A DNA stretch of 30,741 nucleotides from Octopus sinensis (taxonomy: Eukaryota): positions 1-30,741 of the forward strand of contig NW_021832516.1 of the NCBI RefSeq assembly GCF_006345805.1. Reading direction: 5' to 3'. Positions within the stretch are counted from its first letter, which is position 1, and every line of letters begins with the position of its first letter. Under the pieces are notes generated by a model. The model had not been told where the DNA came from, made no database searches, and was given only the letters and a program-made list of their open reading frames with translations. Positions 23,025 through 30,741 of this stretch are shown piece after piece. A program made the position numbers and the translations under genes.

Positions 23025-23122
23025 CATTTATTAGAACCATTTATGTATGGTGTAGATTCTTCTATAATCTTCCAATTAATTATAGAAAATTCTACACCAT
23101 ACACAAATGGTTCTAATAAATG
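23025..23122. repeat. Inverted repeat, 44-bp arms (41/44), 10-nt spacer
   Basis: CATTTATTAGAACCATTT..TCTATAAT / ATTATAGA..AAATGGTTCTAATAAATG. Confidence 0.9.
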
Positions 23123-23265
23123 GGTGAATGTATGTAATTCACACACCTATACACATTTCTAGATAGCTAGATAGATACAGATATGGGGATACCATATACA
23201 AATGTATACATACATCTCCCTCTCTCTCTCTCTCTCTCTCTCCTCTCTCTCTATCTCTATATATA

Positions 23266-23321
<56 letters not shown>

Positions 23322-23603
23322 AGATCCAGGGATCGAGGTGTAGCAAGAAAGTTAGCTTCAAGCAATCCGTAGTACATTTAAAAAAAAAAACTTTCAGGGA
23401 TAATAGAGATTTATTGAGACGACAGGTTGTAGATTTTTTCGTGTCGAAGAACGTTTATCTGAATGTGTGTGTATATATATATATATATATATAATATATA
23501 TATATTATATATATATATATATATATGTACGTATGTATGTATGTATATATTTAAATCAATAAATGGTGGGGTTGTGTTAACCGCATGTGGAGAAATGGTA
23601 GGC

Positions 23604-23848
23604 GAGGAAAAATTATAAAAGGGCAGAATGCTAAATTGAAGGTAAATTTTAATAAAAATGGGTGTATGGAAAATTTTTAAAAATTAAAAAATTAAAAAAA
23701 TATATTAAAAAAATATTTTTTTAAATATTATTTTTTTTAATATATTTTTAAATATATTTTAATATATTTTTAAATTTTTTAAAATTTTCCATACACCCAT
23801 TTTTATTAAAATTTACCTTCAAATTCTGTCTTTTTATAATTTTTCCTC
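23604..23848. repeat. AT-rich fold-back repeat, ~100-bp arms
   Basis: GAGGAAAAATTATAAAA..GAAGGTAAATTTTAATAAAAATGGGTGTATGGAAAATTTT is mirrored at 23770-23848; 6-nt indel between arms. Confidence 0.9.
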
Positions 23849-23910
23849 TCCTGTATATATATATATAAATATAATATAATATAAATAATATATAAATATA
23901 TGCATATATA

Positions 23911-24220
23911 CATACATATGTGTACATACCTACATCAATATGTATATATACATGCATATATGGGTACAAGACATCAAAAAACTTTGAACATAATACCTTC
24001 GAAACGCGGAGTAGACGAAACAGGGGCAAATGAAGAAGGGCAATATTCCTTGTGTTGTATGTCTTGTACTCTGTTTTTTCAGTGTTTGAAAAAAAAGTTC
24101 GTTTCCTTGTTTTTGTTTTTATGTTTTCGTTTCTCATTGTTTTCAATGTTTTTTTGATGTCTTGTACCCATATATGCATGTGTATATACATGTAGATGTA
24201 GGTATGTACATATATGTATG
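23911..24220. repeat. pLTR-like copy with its 3' end duplicated in inverted orientation at its 5' side
   Basis: 23911-23990 is the approximate reverse complement of 24138-24220; ~147-nt spacer belongs to the 10.8 kb family. Confidence 0.85.
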
Positions 24221-24695
24221 TATACATAATCTATATATTATTTATATTATTATATGATCGAACACCACGCATCCTTTTCCCAGTAAGTTATATATATACA
24301 TTATATATATATATATATATAATATATATATATATATAATATATATATATTTGTATATATATGTGTATGTATATGTATATATGTGTATATATATGAGTAT
24401 GTATATGTATATATATTGTATGTATATGTATATATATGTGTATGTATATGTATATATATATGTGTATATATGTGTACATATATATGTATGTGTGTATATA
24501 TATATGTATATATATGTAGATATATATGTATATATATGCATATATAAATATGTATATATTATGTGTATGTTTATATTATGTGTATATTTATATGTGTGTG
24601 TGTATATATGTATGTATATGTATATATATGCATATATGATGCATGTATATGTGTATATATATATGTATACATATGTATGTATACACATATACACG

Positions 24696-24736
<41 letters not shown>

Positions 24737-25169
24737 TGCAAGTTTGCATGTATGTGTATATGAATGTAAGAATATATGTATATGTATGTATACACACATA
24801 AACACATGCATGCACGCATATCCTTAATTCCTATGCTCCAAATGACCAGAGTGTCTGGGGCTATAAACATCTGCCAATTCTTTCTTAAGATTCAAAGGAT
24901 GATGGCTGAAACCAAATCCTTTCCTATACCACCCTTTTACCAATTTGGTGACCAGTCAAAATTTTCTCTTATGCTTAAAACGGGAAATAGAAGAACATAC
25001 ATACATGCAAAGATATGTATATATACATACGTACATATATGCATAATTACATACACTGGAACTATAGAAATCGGTTAAATTTTGCATAAGCTTATCATTT
25101 GAATATATGTGAGCATGTCTAGATATGTAGCTATATGCATGAGAATACATACATAAAACAAAACATACA

Positions 25170-25307
25170 AATCTGAGCATATACATACATACTTACATAC
25201 ATATATATATATACATACATACATACATACATACATACATACATACATACATACATACATACATACATGCATACATACATACATACATACATACATGCAT
25301 ACATACA

Positions 25308-25341
<34 letters not shown>

Positions 25342-25345
25342 CATA
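25170..25345. repeat. (CATA)n microsatellite
   Basis: Long CATA array. Confidence 0.95.
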
Positions 25346-26120
25346 CAAATAAAAATACTATGTGGTTGATGTTGAAATTCCAATGAAGGAACCGTGGATC
25401 TAGGTTAGAAACCGGTTCTTTCTCTATTGGCAAGAAATCTTGAAATAAACTGGCTAATGATATACGTACATACATACACATACACACGCACACATATCTA
25501 TTTAAACATACATATAAACATACATATAGAGGGCAAAAGAAAATCAACTGCGTAGAAGTAATGTGAAATCAACCGCCCTTGTGTCTCGCATCACCAGTTC
25601 TGCTTACCAAACGTGGCCCACTTGGCACCGTGCATTCGGCGCGTCGCAATGGTTGCGATATGCGGTTTTCATTTGTTCCTATTATCATAAGGGGTTAGGA
25701 TTAGGTAACAATGCCAGGAATGCGCGGGTTCGATCTCAAAAAAGGACAAACGAAATCGATTTGCAATTCTAAATACCAAGAATTGGAAATAGACTGAGCA
25801 GAGAGTAAGAATTTGTAAACCATTCCAGGGAATCTTCATTTTACGTTCCCTGGTGAGTGTATGCACCCAGTGACATATGCACGTGCAAAATAAATACACG
25901 CACACACATAGGCAAAACACACACACGTACACATATACGTACATATGTGCTGTCTCTCTCTGTCTCTCATTAAATATATATATATATATATATAATTAAT
26001 TAATAAGGGTGAGAGAATTAGATACTAATTTAATAGTATATCTATTCAACACCAAGTGGCCTAGTGCTCCGAGAAACCTGGATTATTATAATATTTTATA
26101 ACATATTATAATATTTTTAC

Positions 26121-26277
26121 AAAATAAATATAAGAGAGTGGTCACTATATGGCTCACTCTAGCACCAGTTAATCCAAAAGGTTTCAACCACGAAAATACA
26201 TGTATTTTCGTGGTTGAAACCTTTGGATTAACTGGTGCTAGAGTGAGCCATATAGTGACCACTCTCTTATTTATTTT
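26121..26277. repeat. Spacer-less palindrome, ~78-bp arms
   Basis: Centre ACA|TGT at 26200/26201; two small indels; left arm continues uniquely to ~26000. Confidence 0.95.
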
Positions 26278-26322
26278 TATTATAATATATATATATATAT
26301 ATAATATATGCATGTATGTATG

Positions 26323-26354
<32 letters not shown>

Positions 26355-26371
26355 GTGTGTATGCATGTATG

Positions 26372-26429
<58 letters not shown>

Positions 26430-26511
26430 TATATATTATATATATATATATATATATATGTGATATATTATGTTTATATATGTGTATGTGTTATTGTGTC
26501 TGTGTTTATAC

Positions 26512-26702
26512 CCCCATCACCGCTTGACAACTGATGTTGGTGTGTTTACGTCCCTGTAATATAGCCGTTCGAAAAAAGAGACCGATAGACTAAGTACTAG
26601 GCATACAAAGAATAAGTCCTGGGGTCGACTTGTTCGACTAAAGGTGGTGCTTCAGTATGGCCGCAATCAGACGACTGAAACAATTAAAAGATAAAAAGAA
26701 AA
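26512..26702 (+). mobile_element. SINE family A 3' half
   Basis: CGCTTGACAAC.GATG.TGGTGTGTTTACGTCCC..GAATAAGTCCTGGGGTCGA..GACTGAAACAA. Confidence 0.85.
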
Positions 26703-26703
26703 C

Positions 26704-26747
<44 letters not shown>

Positions 26748-27105
26748 CTATATACACGAACGTATATTTATGCATATTTATATGTAAATATGTATATATA
26801 CATATATACATATTTACATATATGTATTTATACACATGTGTGTATATTTATGTGTATATATGTATGTATAGAAAGAGTATGAAGGGTTTAGTACACTTGT
26901 GCTCTAAACGAATAGGTACGCTGGTTACGTGCTATTATTGGACTCCCGTTAGGTTCCAAGATCTCAGCCAAGGCTGGATCTAGGGACCTGTGTTAGGGTA
27001 TCGTTACAACAGGTATATATTATATTAGAGGGAAAATCAAAACCAAGACAGAAAGAGTATTTCAAGTCATTTACAATTATTTAATTAGGGTAAGATGGAA
27101 TTGAA

Positions 27106-27172
27106 GTCTTTCAACCGTTTCTGGGATAACCCAAGTGGGAGGTTAGCATGTCCGTATTCCGTCATCAGAGAC
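27106..27172 (-). ncRNA. Degenerate type-I hammerhead motif
   Basis: GUCU-CUGAUGA-..-GAAAC-GGUU-GAA-AGAC: canonical core and 4-bp helix I, but U16.1 replaced by A and helix II imperfect. Confidence 0.4.
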
Positions 27173-27212
27173 AAGTACAGTTCTATATTTAAGAGATGAG
27201 AAATTATGTACA

Positions 27213-27297
27213 TTATTTACATTTGACGGATATTTGTCCTCATCTTGTTTGTTAACAACAAACAGGATGAAGACAAATATCCGTCAAATGTAAATAA
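27213..27297. repeat. Inverted repeat, 41-bp arms (39/41), 3-nt spacer
   Basis: 27213-27253 vs 27257-27297. Confidence 0.9.
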
Positions 27298-27380
27298 AGT
27301 AAATAGTATCAGAGACTAGGTATGAATATTTTAGACGTGGAAAATTCACAGTAATATATATATATATATAATTACTGTTT

Positions 27381-27444
<64 letters not shown>

Positions 27445-27578
27445 GTATAATATATATATTATATATATATATTTAAAATGAAGGTGAGGAATCAGAAGAG
27501 CGGATCTATTTCTAGCATAAGGGTGTCCACATAGTGGTTTCCCTCTAATATGTATATATATATATTATATATATATAT

Positions 27579-27652
<74 letters not shown>

Positions 27653-27667
27653 GTATATATATATATA

Positions 27668-27810
27668 ATTGCAGCGTGGAAGGTGTTTATAAGCCATTTA
27701 AGAAACACACAAAAGCCGTTCGATTCACTTCACATTTAAGTTTAATTTGTCAAAATATTTTCGTCGCTAAAATCCGCGACCTGTTCACTGACAAAAATCC
27801 GTGCTGCATC
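27668..27810 (-). repeat. Solo copy of the 11.1 kb palindrome arm, including the G3:C8 hammerhead motif (27746-27795)
   Basis: Nearly identical to 11147-11288; the hammerhead segment is identical to 11225-11274. Confidence 0.9.
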
Positions 27811-27905
27811 TGAGAAAGTAACAGTTAGTTCGTCATATATATGTACGTATGTATGCGTGTATGTATGCATACACACATACATACGTACATGTATGTATGC
27901 ATACA

Positions 27906-28334
27906 CATGGTGGTCTCATAGCAAGATAAACAGCGTATGACCTTGCAAGTGAGGCCCAGTTAGAACTTTCTTCGGGTTGAGTGTCCCATACCGCTCAAAA
28001 AGTCCCTGAATTAGGGCTGTTTGCAGATGTTGGACGAAACATTCATGTTTCCAGAGGTGAATTATCCAAACGCCAAAGAATTCTTCTGAACACATGGCTA
28101 TGATGCTCTCCTACTATTTCTGCTCATGATCAGAGATGCACATATCATCAACCACCAAGAGACATGCTCAGCTGGTTAAGTTCAAACAAATGACAAGCAA
28201 ATCTATGGAATTGAGCAGAATATTTGCTGTAACCTATCTTTTTTATACCAAGACAAACAATGTACATGATAACACTTCCAATCTGTTAAGATCAAAAACC
28301 ATGTGAGTCAGTGCCCGGTATTGCGTCAGGGCAT
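27906..28334 (-). repeat. ~550-bp (TAA)n-associated repeat, inverted partial copy
   Basis: Reverse complement of the 5' three-quarters of 15404-15938. Confidence 0.85.
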
Positions 28335-28400
28335 CATCATCATCCTCATCATCATCATTATTATTATTATTATTATTATCATTATTATTATTATTATTAT

Positions 28401-28758
28401 CAGCGAAGCGCGGAAGTATTGTTTTCAGTCGTGCTTGTTTGTTTGTTTGTTTGTCCGCGGACAAGATATCTCAAGAACCGCTGGATGGATTCGGATGAAA
28501 CTTTCAGGGATATTTGACCTTGTGACTGGCACGAGCTGATTAGGTTTTGGGATCGATCCCATACCAGACAAGGATTCTGTGCTATTTTTCCTGTTTTATT
28601 TTAACTTAATTTTTGAGAGCGGTCAGGTTCAGTTTTAATATTCTCGTTTGTGAGAGCAGTCGAGTTTATTTCAGATATTCTCATTTTAAAAGCCATCTCC
28701 GACTAATTGATGAGAGGACATTGGTTTTGCCTTGGCAGTGGTTTGCGCTCTCTGAGTC

Positions 28759-28762
<4 letters not shown>
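28401..28762 (+). mobile_element. Helentron-associated interspersed element (HINE/DINE-1-like)
   Basis: GTTTTCAGTCGTG-(TTTG)n-AAGATATCTCAAGAAC..TGGATGGATT..GATGAAACTTTCAGG core; 3' CCTTGGCAGTGGTTTGCGCTCTCTGAGT resembles HINE subterminal repeat plus stem-loop; T-rich flanks. Confidence 0.65.
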
Positions 28763-28835
<73 letters not shown>

Positions 28836-28838
<3 letters not shown>

Positions 28839-29555
28839 GTAGCTCAAAATCAAGCTTTGTTAACCAACAACTTGAGAAAATATATGTAAAAGGGAGGTGT
28901 CAACAAAATGTAGAGTATATGGAACTTGAAATGAAACAACGACACACATTGACACACTGTTGCAGACTGCCTCGAGCTGGTCCAGGGTGAATATACGAAA
29001 TGGAGACATTAGAATGTTCTGAAAGTTTTACACTGGAAGTTTTATCAAAAATGGGTGATTGAAGCCGGAAGTGCATGGTATACAATCATCCGATAGAAAA
29101 AGTGCTTGAATCGGAAGCATTTATATTTTTATGGATTTTTTCCATCCCAACGGATTAAAAGATGGAAAATCGAATTTTCAGACTGAATGATCCAGAAAGT
29201 CCATTTAATTTTAGGATTGTCAAGAAAACAGATGAAAAGTTGAAAAACTAAAATCCCTTATTAAAACTTGAGATTGCAAGGCTTTGGAACATGAAATCTG
29301 TAAAGATAGTACCGGTGACATTTGGTGCATTAGGGGCTGTGATTAATGACGTATACAAATGATTAAAGGTGAATGGAATGGAATGTCCTGTTGAGCTTCT
29401 ACAGAAGGTTTGTTTCTGAGGGACAAGAAAGAATATAGAAGGGTTTTGAGCACTTGATGGCTTCTTGAAATCATATGGATATCTAAGGTTACAGGGAGTA
29501 ACCCACTACCCTCATAAAATCTAGCTGGAATAGGACAAATCCTGAGTCAATACGA
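28836..29555 (+). pseudogene. 3' end of a second R4/Dong-like LINE family (CCHC knuckle plus REL endonuclease)
   Basis: VAQNQALLTNNLRK (cf. AAQDQAL), LHWK, HPIEKVLESEAFIFLWDF, LKLEIARLWNMKSVKIVPVTFGALG; many stops. Confidence 0.8.
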
Positions 29556-29595
29556 TAACAACAACAACAGCAACAATCATAATAACAGTTATGAT

Positions 29596-29870
29596 AAAAA
29601 AAAAGGGATGTCAGAAACATCTAGATAAGATCCCAGGAGAGCCATGCCTCAGAGAAATCAAAAAAGATAGTACTGACAAGTATTGCCGACATCCTTAAAA
29701 ACTCATTTAAATGTCAGTTGTATTACATGAAGATATTTCGCTACTGCCCCTGCCATTCCCCCTCCTCAAGCTTTCAATCATACTGTAACATCTCTTATCC
29801 CTTACTCACCCCAGGACGCTGGGTGTGTCACCGAAAGTGATTGTAACAAACATGCAGATTAAAAGTATAC
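29596..29870 (+). pseudogene. Extreme 3' end of an R4/Dong-like LINE (family of 14.5 kb)
   Basis: KKGCQKHLDKIPGEPCLREI; 3' UTR matches 14950-15098. Confidence 0.8.
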
Positions 29871-29929
29871 AACAACAACAACGGTAATAATAATGAAAAG
29901 AAACCATAAATAATAATAATAATAATAAT

Positions 29930-30487
29930 AAATGCCCTGATGCAGTACCAGGCAGTGGCTCTCATGGCTTCTCATCTTAACTTATTGGAAGTGTTATCAT
30001 ATACATTGTTTTGTCTTGGTATAAAAGATGGGCGACAGCAAATATTCTGCTCAATACCACAGACTTGCTTGTCAGTTGTTTGACCATAACCAGTTGACCA
30101 TGTCCCTTAGTGGCTGACGATATGTGCATCTCTGATCAGAAGCAGAAGTAGTGGGGGAGCATCATAGCTGTGTGTTGAGAAGAATTCTTGGAGGTTTGGA
30201 TAATTCACATTTGGAAACATGGGTGGTTTGTTCAACATCCTTAAACAATCCTTATTCAAAGACCTTTTGAGCGAGATGGGTTACTTGACCAGAAGAAAAT
30301 TCTAAGTGGACCCCACCTGCAAGGTTATGCGTTATTTATCGTGATATGAGATCACTATGTTGTGTACATATGGTTGTGATGCCTGTGCCTGGTGTTCCCT
30401 TATCAGACGAGTAGTCATGATGGGTATACTGGACTTCGTATATTTTACCCCAGTGTCACTTTAATGGTATGCACAGCTCTCTCACTC
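29930..30487 (+). repeat. ~550-bp (TAA)n-flanked repeat, full length
   Basis: AAATGCCCTGATGCAG...CTCTCACTC between (TAA)n runs. Confidence 0.9.
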
Positions 30488-30549
<62 letters not shown>

Positions 30550-30551
<2 letters not shown>

Positions 30552-30741
30552 TCTCACTCCTCCGGAACTTCACCATTCAAATTGACAGAAAGATAGATGC
30601 GAATATGCCAGACATTATATTGAAAGACTTCAGACAAAAATCATGCCTTCTCATTGATATGACTGTCCCAATCGACATAAATGTACCTGTCAAGACCTAC
30701 CAAAAACTGAGCAACTATAAAGATCTTGACATTGAAATTGG
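30550..30741 (+). pseudogene. R4/Dong-like REL endonuclease fragment (runs off window)
   Basis: ISLLRNFTIQIDRKIDANMPDIILKDFRQKSCLLIDMTVP..YQKLSNYKDLDIEI; begins right after (TAA)n. Confidence 0.8.

Noticed and set aside
8021-25852. Chaining candidate micro-exons (8021-8051, 16968-17021, ~20296-20306, 25829-25852) into one phase-compatible ORF
   Set aside because: The peptide matches no family I recognise, acceptors are weak and phase compatibility is easily obtained by chance
26880-27012. LTR 3' end (..GGGTATCGTTACAACA)
   Set aside because: No matching 5' TG end, second LTR, PBS or PPT found
43-28889. Many supplied ORFs rich in YI, CV, HT, poly-N/I/Y/S/Q/H/P
   Set aside because: They are translations of TA, CA, TATG and trinucleotide microsatellites, with no domain content

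Overview
AT-rich, microsatellite-saturated eukaryotic non-coding DNA. The SINE and repeat families and the TA/CA/TAA density resemble those I recall from Octopus (coleoid cephalopod) genomes; this taxon call is an inference. No intact host protein-coding gene is supported, and almost all supplied ORFs are artefacts of simple repeats. The window is a mosaic of decayed transposons: a Tx1/L1-clade LINE ORF2 (2.3-5.4 kb, minus), a Hero/NeSL-like RT fragment, an RTE-like zinc-finger 3' end, four R4/Dong-like REL-endonuclease 3' ends in (TAA)n, three tRNA-SINE families, a Tc1/mariner deletion derivative, a Helentron-type HINE, and five copies of a ~550-bp (TAA)n-flanked repeat. The most notable signal is about nine short fold-back (inverted-duplicated) inserts from unrelated sequence families, typically with one long arm and one short arm ending in (TA)n. 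Several carry or adjoin minimal type-I hammerhead ribozyme motifs reading away from the fold-back centre: a canonical CUGAUGA pair at 19.4/19.7 kb, and a compensatory G3:C8 core variant at 11.2, 11.3 and 27.7 kb. This fits Penelope-like-element pLTR remnants, but no RT/GIY-YIG sequence here confirms that, and no ribozyme activity is shown.
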